Of a stretch of DNA of 64,000 bases, positions 24,769-37,797 are shown piece after piece. The notes under the pieces were generated by a model, which did no database searches, was not told the origin of the DNA, and saw only the letters and a list, made by a program, of their open reading frames with translations. Each line of letters begins with the position of its first letter. Position 1 is the stretch's first letter. A program made the position numbers and the translations under genes. Source of the DNA: Narcine bancroftii (taxonomy: Eukaryota); NCBI RefSeq assembly GCF_036971445.1, contig NC_091470.1:307644001-307708000 (forward strand). The letters are read 5' to 3'.

Positions 24769-25197
24769 GGTACCGAACCTGTACTTTACCAGTTGGCAAT
24801 GATGCTTCAAACTTCATGTTCTACATTTGCTCCTTCTCATGTTCTGTATTCCAAACAGCTTGAACCCTGGCTGCTGATTCTCAACATTGGCTTCTAAAGC
24901 TTTAGATCTTTGCTCTCTCCCTGACTTTCCAATTGGATTCTATTGCACTCCTTTCATCTCAGTGCTCTTTGACTTGTCTTTCAGATGGCTGAGTTGACAA
25001 ATTATTTTTTCCCTAATGTCTTATCCCACCTGCATATGATTGAAACCATTAATCAGAACTTTAAGGATTTAAGCCCTTTCCCTATTAGAAACTGGTATTT
25101 CCAGACAAAAGCAATGGTAAGTCATCAGATACGGCAGTATTCAGATGGGCTGTTAAGATCTTCAAGATTTTTAAAATGTACATTTAATTTTTAAAAA

Positions 25198-25441
25198 AAT
25201 TAATTTAAATTTAGACATTCAGCACAGTAACAGGCCATTTCAGCCCACGAGTCCATGCTGCCCAATTTACACCCAATTAACCAACACCCCCGGTACATTT
25301 TGCACAATGGGAGGAAACTGGAGCCTCAGGGAAAACCCACACAGACATGGAGAGAACGTACAACTCCTTACTGACAGCGTGGAGTTCAATCTCTGGCACT
25401 ATAAAGATGTTGCGCTAACCACTGCACCAACCATGCTGCCT
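25198..25441 (-). mobile_element. V-SINE (HE1-like)
   Basis: Reverse complement of SINE core: gggaggaaactggagc..aaaacccacacagacatggagagaacgtacaactcctta. Confidence 0.8.
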
Positions 25442-25877
25442 TTATTTCCTCTCACTGTTCCAATAGCACAGAAACCTTTGTCAATATTCCTCTCTCTTTA
25501 TCACCGTAGATCATTATATTATTACTTGTTCAGTTTCTGTGAGCTTGGAGTCTGCAATTACATTCTCAACCAGGCTTCACTTTTGGTACAAGAAATCAGC
25601 AAATTAGAAAACATTCGAGAGAAATAGCATTTACATCCTTGCTTCAGTGAGACCAGAAATGTGCATAATATTTTGGTGGAGTGTCACCAAGCTCTGATAT
25701 AAGTGCTGTAAGACATCTTTACTTCAATGCTCAAATTTATTATAATTGTCTTTCACTTTCTCTGCCGACTACCTTGTATGAATCAGTTTGCATTTACTGT
25801 TCAAAGTTTATCTTTTCAGTGTCATGTGGTTGCTTTATTATAATGTTGACCCGTGTAAATATTAATCAATACTTCAG

Positions 25878-26024
25878 GAAGGAATGGAGAATCTTGGACC
25901 AGGATCAGATGCACAACAGTCAGTCCGCAACAGTGGCGTTGTGACATCAGGAAACTGGAGAGTTCCATCTTACAAAGATTATTTAGACTTGTTCAGAATT
26001 CTGCTGGACTGTGAGAAAATGAAG
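25878..26024 (+). CDS. PRKDC: DNA-PKcs exon (147 nt)
   Basis: ttcAG|GAAGGA...ATGAAG|GTaagt; EGMENLG...GNWRVPSYKDYLDLFRILLDCEKMK. Confidence 0.9.
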
Positions 26025-26575
26025 GTAAGTCAGGTAGTACTGCACAACTCAGCAACAGATCTGATTTATCATATTATTATTCAAAATGGAATACTTCAAG
26101 ATGAAGTACTTTTAATTTAAAATTATTCAAGAGCTAAATCTTTGTAATAAAATGTCCACCTTTTCAGTTATGTCCAATTCTTATGAAGAATGAAATAAAC
26201 ATTGTAAACAGCTTCTGCAGATTTGTCCTTAAGGGACTCTCATTTCCAGATCAGAAGTCTGTTTTGGATTGGTGATCCATCTGTTATCTCTATCCTTTCA
26301 ATTTCATTCTAGTCTTTCCCACTTTTATCTACTTTTATCCTTGTCTCTCACCTGTATAATAATTATAAAACATAACAATTTACAGCATGGAAACAGGCCA
26401 TTAGGCCCTTCTAGTCCATCTGTTTATGTTGACAAAAATAAGAGGAATGTACAGCAAGACTATAATTTCTTGTCAAGAAATCAGAAGTATGATTTCAAAT
26501 AGTTGTGGTTGAAATTGTGACATGTAATCCACTGCATCTGAAGGAATCTTACGTCCTGTATTATATTTATTTAAG

Positions 26576-26728
26576 GTATCCGGATTGGTTGAAGTGACAT
26601 TTCAAACCATTGAGTCACCTCTGAAATCTTTAAATCACCTGCTGTATGACGAGTTTATTAAATCAGTGCTCAAAATTATTGAGAAATTGGACATGTCTGT
26701 GGATAAGCAGAGCCAGAGTGAAGACGGG
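26576..26728 (+). CDS. PRKDC: DNA-PKcs exon (153 nt)
   Basis: ttaAG|GTATCC...GACGGG|GTatta; VSGLVEV...SLNHLLYDEFIKSVLKIIEKLD...SEDG. Confidence 0.92.
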
Positions 26729-27313
26729 GTATTATACATGTCTCTTTATTTCTTGCATGTTATCTTATTTTAGATCTAGATGCATTAAACTATTGTCAAT
26801 AACTGTAATTGTGTTTCTGTATTAAGTTATGTTAGTCACTGTGTATTTTGAAGAAGTTCACAGATAGCATATGTAACTGTTTGAAAGGAGTATCTGTTTA
26901 TAGTGATGCAGTGTTGAATACATGTGAACTCAACACATCACTATTCAAATGTCCAATAAACAATAATCCTGCAAAGAAAAGATGAAGATCTTGTAACAAT
27001 AGATACGTTAGATAGGGATTTTTATAACTTTTTTTGCTGGTTGTAAATATACAGTGATCAGTTTAATCAGTGCAACACTAGTTTCTCATATTGGTTTGAT
27101 ACATTTTCGAAAAAGTCATGGATATTAATTTTGCAATATAGAGAGAATGCAGGTAGGCAAATCCTTAAAAATATAAAACCATAAAAATTAATTTTAATTT
27201 AATTTAAATACAATAGAAAGTTGTTAATTGATTAATTGCTGAACCTAATTTATAAACTAAAAACCAAAAAGTTGAAATTTATGTAATGAATGAAGGATCC
27301 GATTAATTTGCAG

Positions 27314-27429
27314 GCATCGGGTGACGGAAACAATGGCATTGTAATTCCAACTTCTGACCCAACAGCAAAAATGCAGCCAACTAAACCAAAGGATTTTATT
27401 GCTTTCATCAATTTAGTAGAATTCTGTGG
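27314..27429 (+). CDS. PRKDC: DNA-PKcs exon (116 nt)
   Basis: tgcAG|GCATCG...TGTGG|GTaagt; ASGDG...[28 protein letters not shown]. Confidence 0.94.
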
Positions 27430-27574
27430 GTAAGTCTACACATTACTCAATGAAACAGTGGAAAATAAGTTATCTTAATTGTTTTTCAGTAAAATTAATG
27501 CTTTGTAAGATGTCAGTGGTCCACAGTAACGTTATTTAGAGCTATTGACTTGATTGCCATTGTATATCAGTGCT

Positions 27575-30500
27575 TTGAAGTCACATATATGTAATGGCAT
27601 AGATGAAGGAGATGGACTTCAGATCCTCCTGGGAGAATAAAGTTTAAAGCCCAGAAAAATAAAGTTTTTTTCAAAAAAAATTGTTTAATTAAAGCCCCCA
27701 GAACCTACCTGCATCGTGTTGGTTATGGGTGGTAGAGGAAGAAAGGCAGCAAGAGTCAAGAAAAGAATGAGTAAAGATTCACAGAAAATGGCCTGGGCCT
27801 CAAGTTCTGAAGCCTCCAAGATCAACGCATGCAATGACAGCCTATTTGAAACCAGAAACAGCGCCACCTCCCCAGAGAACTGAAGAAGATGGTGATCCTT
27901 CTGTTCAGATCTCCTCTGAAGAATATCAGAATGTAGTGCACATGATGAATTTGATCCTGAGTAGAGACTCAGCAGCTCCACTGCTAATGGTCCTGATGGT
28001 ACTAAGGAATTACAGCTGTCAGAAATACCTGCTTTTTTGACATCAGGAAGATGAGGGTGATCAAGAAGAAACAGATGAAGGTGTAGGGGATGTGGAAGAT
28101 GAAGAAGAGGCTGAAGGAGATCCATTGGAGGCTCGAGGACAAGGGTCAACTATAAAAAGCGCTTTTCTCAATGATGAGTCATTTTCAGATTTTAAAAGGC
28201 GACATGCAGAATAGTAAAAGTGATGTAAAGGTCATTAAATAATATGGTGACATATGCTACAGAAGTTAATAAAGTTAAAGAAAAATGTTCAGAGTTGAAC
28301 TGGATATGCATATTGTCAAAAATGATGTAGATATTTGCATGGAGAGAGTTGAAAGTTCAGAATCTGTTTTGAAAAAGCAGAGAAAGGAAATGATGGAAAA
28401 AATGCATATGTTAGAAAATCCAAATAGATGAAATAAGGTTAAGATTGTTGGTATTAAAGAAGATTGTGAAGGAAGTGGTGATCCTATGGATTTTTTTCGA
28501 AATTGGATTCCTAGAGTTTTGGGAGAAGAAAATTTTCCGAATGAAATTGAGTTGGAGAGGCCCCATAGAGCCCTATGGAGGAAGCCACAGCCAACTCAAC
28601 TGTCTAGATCTATATTAATTAAATGTCTATGCTATCAAGATAAAAAAAAATTAAGATTAGCAGATCAAAAAGAAAGACAAAATATGGGACCTATGATTAT
28701 TGATGGAAATAAAATCTTTTTCTACGTGGATTTGAGTAAGGCAGTGGTGGAGAGAAGAAAATTTAATCCAGTTAAGGAGATTCTATGGAAGAAAGATTGT
28801 AAATTTATCTTCAGATATCCAGCTATACTAAAGGTATTCCTGGACAAAACTCAACCTAAGTTTTTTCTTGTGGATTGAGGAGAAGCAAGGGCTTTTGCAG
28901 AATCACTTCCTCCAATTAGGGAGGAGCAACAAGTGAGAATGGAAAGTTCAAGTCCTCATTGAGAAGGGCAAAGGGAAGTGCTGCAGATACAGCTTACACC
29001 AGAATTGCATTGATGCAGTTTTTAAGCTGTCAACATAAGATGTAGAAGGATCTGGAGTTCCAAAGTGAAACAGTTGAAATTGATGAAGACCAAGTAATGC
29101 TGATCTTGAGGCAGTGGGTGCCAGAATGTTTCCATGAACTTTGTAATTAGTTTTTTTCTTCCCGTGTGGGAGGTGGAGGAGAACAGAAATTTATCCTTTC
29201 TTGACTTATCCATGATGTGCCATTTTGTGGCAAGAGCCACAATCTGTATAGTGGAAGGGAGTAATGACGTTTGTTTTTCATTAAGCATAACTTGGAGGGG
29301 GTTTGCACTTTTTTGATGATTAATACTACATATTATATATTGTTAAATCTTTTTCTTTTCTTTTTGTTTGCAATATTTTTTCTTTGGGGCACAGACCTTT
29401 ACAGGAGCCAGTTGGGTTTGATGGGTGAGACCTGTGAGAATGGATTGAAAGAGAGTTGGGCTTAAGATAATGGATGCAAATAAATTAAAATTTCTTAATT
29501 TTAATGTTAATGAGATAAATAATACAATGAAAAGAAAAAAAAAATATTAGCTTATATGAAAAAATAAAAATGAATATTGCATTTTTGCAAGAGATTCATT
29601 TGACCGAGAAGGAACATTTAAAATTAAAAATAGATTGGGTGGGTCTAGTGGCATCTTCATCTTTTAATTCTAAAGCAAGAGTAGTAGCAATTTTAATTTA
29701 AAATAACAGGTAAAAGTTCAAGGAGTATTAATGGATATTGTTGGAAGATATATTTTGGTTCATGGTCAAATTTATTCTGAAAAATAGACACATGAGTATT
29801 TATGCACCAAATGTGGATGATAAAGATTTTATGCAGGATACATTTTTGTATTGAGCAGAATCACAGGAAAAAAAATTAATAGGGGGTGATTTTAATTGTT
29901 GTTTAGATCCTATAATGGATAAATCAATAAAAGCAGTAGTAAGAGCTAAAATGGTGAATATTATATTAAATTTAATGAAGGATTTAAATTTAATAGATAT
30001 TTGGAGAAGGCTGAATCTGAAAGGGAGAGATTACTCTCTTTACTCACACTTACATCATTCTTTTTCAAGAATAGATCTCTTTTTGATACCAGCGCAATTA
30101 CAGGGAAGAATTAAAAATGTAGAATATAAATCTAGAATATTATCTGATCATTCTCCACTTTTATTGGCATGTTCAAATCCTGAGAAAGAAGATTTACTTT
30201 ATAGGCAGAGATTTAATACTGGATTGTTGAAGAAAGTGGAGTTTTGTGATTTTATAAGAAATCAAATTCAATATTTTTAGAAATAAACTCAAATTCAGTA
30301 GATAATGAGATGCACTTAAAATGTATTTAATCAATACATGTATTGTAATACATGTATTACAAAAATGTAATAATTAAATTATTCAGTAAAAATTAAGAAA
30401 GATTATATGAAAAATAAATCAGTTGGAACAAAATATAGGAAAATTAGAAAAGGATTTTCAAAAAAAAAAGAAGAAAAATTAAAACAATTAATTAATTAAA

Positions 30501-33114
30501 ACGTTAATATACTACTACTCAGACATAGAGAACCAAAAAGATAATTTAGAGGACAAAACAGATATTATGAATTAGGAGAAAGAGCATACAAGGTTCTTGC
30601 TTGGCATCTGAAAACAGAACAAGAATCTAGAACAATTAATGCAGTTAAAAAATAGTTCAGGGCTTATTACCTAAACCACAAGAAATACACGATGCATTTA
30701 AAGAATTTTATTTGGGACTATATCAATTGGAATCAGTTCAGGATGAGGAGAAGATTAATAAGTTTTTAACTCAAATAAATGTACCCAGTTTAAATAATCA
30801 GGAACAAAGAGAGTTCAATTCCTTATTTACAACAAAAGAAGTTGGTGAAATAATGAGTTCATTACAAAGTAGTAAGTCATCTGGGGCAGATGGATTTACA
30901 AGAAATTTAAAGATCTTTTGGTACCTCTGTTTATGGAGGTGTTAAATCAAGCATTGAGGGTACATTCTTTGCCAAAGAAGGAGAGAGATTCATTAAGTCA
31001 ACATCATATAGACCAATTTCATTATTAAATGTTGATTATAGGATAGTAGCTAAAGCCTTAGTTATTAGATTGGTAAAAGTATTTACTGAAGTTAATACAT
31101 ATGGATCAAATTGGATTTGTTAAAGATCAGAAGTCTGCGGACAATGTGGCATGGTTAATTAGTCTAATACATTTAGCTCAAAAGAGAGGAAATTTAAGTG
31201 TTGCTGTGGCATTAGGTGCAGAAAAAACATTTGATAGGCTCGAATGGGATTTTGTCTTTAAAATTTTGGAGAAATACGGATTAGGATCAATATTTTTAGA
31301 TTGGGTTAAAATGTTATATCAGAATCCTAGTGCAAAGTTAGCGATTAATGGCCAGGTTTTAGCACATCTTTGGTTAACTAAATCAAATAGACAAGGTTGT
31401 TCATTCTCACCAGCTTTATTTATTTTATCAATTGAACCTTAAGCTCAATTAATAAGACAAGATTCAAGGATTCATGCATTAGGATGAATCAAGATGAATA
31501 TAAAATAAATTTGTTTGCAGATGATGTTTAGATTTATTTAACAGATCCTTTAAATTCTTTGAATCATCTTAAAATTTGATTAAAAGAGTATGGGGAAGTA
31601 TCAGGTTATAAAATTAATTGGGATAAAAGTGAAATTATGCCCTTAGTAAATGGAGATTACGCACAATGTAAGAGAGTAATTGAATTTAGATGGCCGGATG
31701 CTGGAATAAAATTTTTAGGTATCCATGTGGAATCACAGTTTAAAAATTTATTTAAATTTTTTACCACTATTAAAGAAAATAAGAGATGATTTGGAAAGAT
31801 GGATTATGTTACCTATTACTTTGATAGGTAGAGTTAATTCAGTTAAGATGAATGTATTTCCTAGAATTCAATATCTTTTTTTAATTGATTCCAATTTTGA
31901 TTCCTCAATTTTTTAAAAGAATTAAATGCTTCTATTAGGAAATTTTTGTTGAAGGGAAAGTAGCAAGGGGTTCTTTGGAAAAATTAACATGGAATTATGA
32001 ACTTGGGGGGGGGGGGAGGCGTTGCAGCTCCTTTATTATAAAGCAGCCCAGTTGTGATTTATTAGTGTAATGTATTATTTAGTTAAAATTTCAGGTTGGA
32101 TGAACATAGAACTTGATAAAACAGAAGAACCAAATCCAATCCACAATTCCATTTTCAATGGGAAGCCAATTTTTAAAGATGTAGAAACATCAGGATATTA
32201 AGATGATTTAAGTTTGTTTTGAAGCATGGAAATTTATTACTTTTGATAGAATGAAATAAAAGTTTCATGTATCTGAAAATACAAGGTTTTTGTTATCGGG
32301 TTATGAACTTTTTGCGTGAAAACTTTTGTCAAGATCTGTATTGTCAGTAGAGACAGAGGTGGAGTTATTATTGTGTAATGGAGATACGAAGAAATTTATT
32401 TCATTAATGTATAAATTGTTACAAAAGGAAGGCCATAAAATAGGGATACATAAATCAAGATAAAGATGAGAAGAGAATTTGAATAAACAAATAAATTAAT
32501 GTGAGTGAGTGGAGCTATGTAGAGAAAATATGAAAAGTATAATAAATGAGAGGTATATGTTAGTACAATATAATTTTATTCATCAGCTATATTTGACACC
32601 ACAAAAGATAAACAAATTAAACCGTTCTTTTTTGAATTTGTGTTTTAGATGTGGACAGGAAGTTGGCATTTTCTTGTCCTAAGATTAAATCTTTTTGGTT
32701 GGAAATTGGTAATTTATTAGAAAGAATAATTGGAATTAAATTCCCACAGGACCCAATGTTGCTTTTATTGTGTGATATTAAGGGGGTTAAACTTAAATTA
32801 AAATTGAACATGTTCCAAGTGAAATTTGTTAAAATTGTTTTGGCAATAGCTTGAAATTGTATTGCAATAACTTGGAAGTCAGATATAGATTTGAGACTGG
32901 AAAGAAGGCATACAGAAATTCAAAGTTATATAGCACTTGAAAAAAAAACATAATTTAATAGATAAATATCATACATTTTGTAAAATATGGGGCTCATATT
33001 TACAAGGTATTGGGATAAATATTTAAATGAAACTCTGATATTTCCTTTGTCCTTGGAAGTCTCCACATACTACAAGAAGTTTTATAGCATAAAGTACTTC
33101 TGTTGAAGGTCTCT

Positions 33115-33165
<51 letters not shown>

Positions 33166-33340
33166 TTCTATTTTGTCTTCTTTCCATTTTTTTTTAGGGG
33201 ATGGGGGGATAATAGAGGGGTTCTTTTTCTTTCTTTCATTTTTTCTTTCCTTGTATATATAGATACCGCATATATTTGTAATATACAATAATTGAAGTTT
33301 TTTGTGGTTATAAATTGTAAAAGATATAAATAAATTTAAA
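27575..33340 (+). mobile_element. Near full-length degenerate L1-clade LINE (ORF1 + ORF2)
   Basis: ORF1 ELERPHRAL..FRYPAILKVF; EN FLQEIHL, GGDFN, SRIDLF, LSDHSP; RT KTFDRLEW, RQGCSFSP, LFADDV; AATAAA and A tail; many stops. Start approximate. Confidence 0.9.
33115..33163. repeat. (TG)n microsatellite in the L1 3' UTR
   Basis: About 21 uninterrupted TG units. Confidence 0.95.
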
Positions 33341-33422
33341 ATCAGTTTATATACATAATTTTTATATTATACTTATGCATATATTTATTTGTATTATATG
33401 TTTGTGTGTGTGTGTACATACA

Positions 33423-34302
33423 CTAGGAGGATACCCAATGTTGTGCGGGAAATAAAACACTTATTTGTTGACTATATGGTTAAAACAAAATACCCAAAAA
33501 CTTCATGGTAATTCTCAGCAAACTTTTGTTTTCTGCTCATGGAATGCCTGGTGGCATCAGCACGGAGGCAGGCTTGGTGTTGTTCCTCAGTTTCCTGCTG
33601 CCTGCTCCTTGTTTGGAGGCCTGAGTACTGATATGGGCTTATCACTGCTGTTTTTTTTCCTGCTGGCTACTCCTTTCATGTCTGGAAGAATCAACAGTGA
33701 AGCGAGACTGATGTTCCTCTGCTGTTTCTTGGTTTATTCTTTGTCTAACTCAATGTGCTTGTGAAGAGCTTCTGCCAACGTTGCTTCACTTTTCTGGGCC
33801 CATATTGAACTGGGTTTGGCCACTTGTTTTTATTCTGAATGTACATTGATGCACAACACTGTAACTAATTGAGGTATTTCTAGTACAAGTTCATTTTTTT
33901 AAAAATTTGAAATTCATATGACCTTAAAAGTTAACTTCAATGTGGTTATAACATTCAGCATTAAATGTAATCACAATTACAGTAAACAGTAATGCAAGTA
34001 GTGCAAGCTGGTCAAAAAACACTTTTGAACTTCATATAGCCTAAAAGGCTAAATTCAATGTGGTCATGACATTCAGCATCAAATGTTACCCCTACTGAAC
34101 CTCCTTAGACATTTCTAGAGAGCTCCATATTGATTTGCATGGAGAACAGACAAATAGACAAACAAACAGACATACATGCACAAAAATACATTAAATTTTA
34201 TATTTATATTAATATATATATGTATATTTTTATATTTATATCTATTTGTCTATTTATTCCTCTCTATATCTATCTATCAATATATCTATCCATAGATATA
34301 GA
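33423..34302 (-). mobile_element. Non-autonomous Helitron derivative retaining the RepHel N-terminus
   Basis: Minus-strand 3' end: decayed hairpin cccgcacaacattgggt then CTAG|T; internal MGP..SNVGRSS..QETAEEHQSR..QETEEQHQACLR; (TGTC)n and TA-rich 5' part; 5' boundary uncertain. Confidence 0.7.
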
Positions 34303-34859
34303 TTCCATACCAGGTTAGACCAGAGGTTTAGATTGTCCTTAACATTCAGAGCCAATTATTAAGGTTGCGAGCATTAGCACAACACTGTTGCTTCACCAGC
34401 ATCCCGAGTACAAATCTGGCGCTGTCTGTAAGGAGTTAAGTGTCTGCGTGGATTTTCTCCATCTGCTCCAGTTTCCTCCCACTGTTCAAAACATACTGGA
34501 GTGTAGGTCAAGAGTGTGTAATTGGTCAGCATAGGCTCGTGGATGAAAAAAGACCTGTTACTATACTGTATGTGTAAATTTAAAAAAACTACATTTCTAC
34601 CCCTCTCTATTTTGTGTTTTAAATTTCGAGATACAGCATGATGACAGGTCCTTCCGACCCATAAGCCTGTGGCACTTAAATTGAGCATGAAAGAATACCC
34701 ACACAGACACTGGAAGAACATACAAACTCAAAGACAATGTCGGATTCAAACTAGGTCACTGGTGCTATTATCGCATTCTGTGAACCGTGCCACCCTTAAT
34801 AATGGGCTCTGAATGTTCAGGACAATCTGGACCACTGGTCTAATCTGGTAAGGAATCTA
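34299..34859. repeat. Imperfect palindrome: 66-bp outer inverted arms enclosing two tail-to-tail V-SINEs
   Basis: Arms 34299-34364 and 34794-34859 match at 59/66; SINE (+) ~34365-34590, SINE (-) ~34615-34793. Confidence 0.85.
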
Positions 34860-35284
34860 GTGCAAGCACAATATTCCTTTCTGTACCTGGACAGGTTATA
34901 ATGCATACAATTTATTCATGTTCAGAAACAAAATAAGAATATAATTGAGAATTCAACCTCAAAAACTGACTATTGAATTTGCTGTCTGCCTATCTCTGCA
35001 CTCTAACTGTAATGGAGCCCCGAGCAGAGGAATTTAATTGGACAATATTTATTTCATGATCATATTGATTCTACCATCTGAATTTGACAATATTAAGTGA
35101 CTACCCATTACATTTTCAACATTCTGTATTTGAATAATTTTTGATCTATTTAGTCCAGATTTGCGGCTTCATGGCACAGGGGTGCACATTGTGTGTATCG
35201 ACTCTGCAGAATTTTATTAGCACAATGCTTAAAGTTACTTTTTATACACTGTCTTCAGCAAAGTTATCTTAATTTTTGAATCAG

Positions 35285-35444
35285 GGTGTTGTTATTGGAG
35301 AAGCACACAGAGTACTTTGAACATTGGATGTATAGATTTGGACACGAGCTCATTCTGCGATCAACACAATTTCCCCTCGTCAGTGGATTCTACAAACTTC
35401 TGTCAGTTGCAATGAAAATCGCCAAAAAGATTAAATATTTCAAG
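35285..35444 (+). CDS. PRKDC: DNA-PKcs exon (160 nt)
   Basis: atcAG|GGTGTT...TTCAAG|GTaatg; [14 protein letters not shown]...[21 protein letters not shown]. Confidence 0.95.
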
Positions 35445-36113
35445 GTAATGAAATATTCCCATGATTTACTTCCTCCAGTTTTTTTTATCATTTTGTGTAA
35501 TATTGTGGATATGAGAGATGAGGTGCCCAAAGAGCTTAGAAATCTTTACCAAGGCTATCTTTGAGACTTTTCGTGGAAGAGTGCACATTGGTAATTGGTT
35601 TATCAGTTTTTCCTTTGAAGACAAAAGCCATCAAAGAAAGTTTGTGTCTGCAAATGGGTTCTATGTATTGTTTAAGCCTGGTCTTGAATTTCAGGGCTGC
35701 ATTGACATGACCTAATTTTGTGAATATACTAAGTTATTTTAACTTTTGTAACTTGTTACAATAAGTTTATGCCACTCTTCATACTGTTCTTGGGGATAAG
35801 GTATTTTTATTGAATTTCATAATTATTTATCTATCTTGAGAGCTTAAGTCCTGGACAGCTCCCTGATCAAAATGGTTTATCCGTCCTGCTTTAAAACATC
35901 TTCATCAGACTACTACTCAACCTTTCCTAGAGAAAGTAACCCAAAACTATTCAGCCTTTTCTGTTTAAATGTATCATCTTAGTTCAGATAGTATCCTTTT
36001 GAAAATCTGAACCATTGCTCTTTGCGTTTCGTTATCTGAATGTGATCTTACTCTATGCCAATTTATTTTTATGCTTTTCAATGTTTTATTGCAGAAATGA
36101 ATTCAATACTTAG

Positions 36114-36920
36114 TTTGCAATATACAAAAGTGCTGGAGAAACCCAGCAGGTCATGCAGCATCTAAAGGAAGCAAAGAGTAACCAATGTTTTGGGCCTGTG
36201 TCCTTTGTTAAGGTATGAGCGAAAGGTTCCTGAATAAAAAGATGGGATGGGGGGGGGGGGGGAAGGAGGGAAAAAGGGAAGTCCACAGGCCAACTGGCAA
36301 GAGAGCATAGGTGGATATGGTTGGGAAGACAAGAGAAAAAATAGCTCTGAAGTGATAGGAGGAGAGTGTAGCTCTCTGAATGGAGATGGACGGGGGAGGG
36401 GAGCTGGAGGAAAGGAGAGAGAGGAAAAGGGAAAGAGAAAAAGACACAGAGGGTTCTAATGGAAACTGGAGAAGTGGATGATAGCATCATCTGGTTGGAG
36501 AGTGGCTTGACAGAACATGAGTTAAAAATACAATGCTGGAGAAACTTAGCAGAACAGACAGTGTACTTTATTTAGCAAAGATAAAAGTGCATAACTTTAT
36601 CTTTATATGAAATACACTGTTTGACCTGCTGAGTTTCTTCAGCATTGTGTTTTTACTTCAACCACAGTGTCTGCAGACTTTCATGTTTTACCACAGGTGT
36701 TATTCCTCCAATTTGTGGAGAGCTTTGGTTTGTTAATGCATGAGGCCATCGACTGATGTGTCAGAATGGGAATGAGGTGTAGAATTAAAATTGTTGGCCA
36801 CTAGGAGGTACTGGTTATTACAGTTTTGTTAACTTTGCTTCCTCTAGATGCTGTGTGACCTGCTGAGCACCTTTGTGTATTGCACTGCAATGACACTGCT
36901 GACTGTCCTGTTTAACTCCA
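36114..36920. mobile_element. Penelope-like element remnant with inverted terminal repeats and a nested palindromic sub-element (36522-36690)
   Basis: tgctggagaaacccagcaggtcatgcagcatct..ggaagcaaa at ~36130 versus its inverse at 36833-36885; decayed hammerhead-like core at ~36185-36213. Confidence 0.65.
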
Positions 36921-37137
36921 GTACTGAGTTTGCTGGTTTAATCATTTTATTGAATTAGCTACTGCATCTATTGATGTGTGTATTTGTACTCTGAATCTCT
37001 TTGTTCCCCTATTTCTTTTCAGAACATTATATTGAAGAAATTTATGGTATTCTTACCTTTCTCAACAAAATACGCCATTTCTTTGAAAATTTACTTGCCA
37101 ATTAGGTGCTTACTCTACCAGTTTATTAATGTCTTCC

Positions 37138-37512
37138 TGTAGTCACACGCTACTCGAAAGAAGACACAGACATGCGCACGTAGTGTAGTCAGGTTAAGAT
37201 CTGAGTTTTATTAGGGCTCAGGCCTGACTTTTATACTTTCACTGTTCCCACCGTGGCCCCCCTTGGCTGACGTTACAATGTGCATAACAAAAGTGGGTTT
37301 CATGCATGCAGGTACTATCCAGGATAACAATGCCCTTCTTCTCCACATGCTGTCCCTGTCTGTTAGCTACACAGCAAGGCCAGCACCATTTTGAGGTCAC
37401 GCAAACCTGCTGGTTTGCTTGTTGGGGGTAGTGCCGCTGCACAGGCTACTGGCGTTTGATTGCACTCGCCGCCCAAGCGCCGACTTGATCACTGCCGCAG
37501 CGGGCCACCACA
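37138..37512 (-). mobile_element. Solo LTR of a CsRn1-like Gypsy, TSD TTCC
   Basis: TG..CA; TTCC at 37134-37137 and 37513-37516; reverse complement matches LTR 53034-53410. Confidence 0.9.
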
Positions 37513-37797
37513 TTCCTATATTTTGTCATTTTTTTCTTTGCGTGAAGTACTACTCCCATCTGGTGTTTGTAAATTATGAACTACAGCGGTTGGAACATTT
37601 AGCCTGGTGAATGCCTCAATCAATAGTTTTCTTGAGGATACTCTCTGCTTTTGACTTCAACAATCTTTGATTGTTATCATCTACTTTCTTCTTGCTCCAT
37701 ATTCTGTGACTGCAGAGGTAAAAGGTGATGAATGTACTTGCTGAATTGTTTTGGTTTTGATTAGATTTCTGATAATTTAGAAAAATTCTTTTGCCAG

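Larger units (their letters stand above)
18905..24781. mobile_element. Tigger4/MER46-like TcMar non-autonomous element split by the Gypsy (18905-19344 + 24774-24781)
   Basis: TA|CAGG...CCTG|TA termini; end ccaggcattttggatatggggtac-cgaacctg is rejoined when the Gypsy and one GGTAC are removed. Family name from recalled consensus. Confidence 0.7.

Noticed and set aside
26571-26584. GTATCC as a U12-type donor
   Set aside because: Reads GTATCCGG, not GTATCCTT, and is the first codons of an in-frame exon.
27566-33346. ATCAGT as the TSD of the long L1
   Set aside because: Only 6 bp in AT-rich sequence and the L1 start is uncertain; may be chance.
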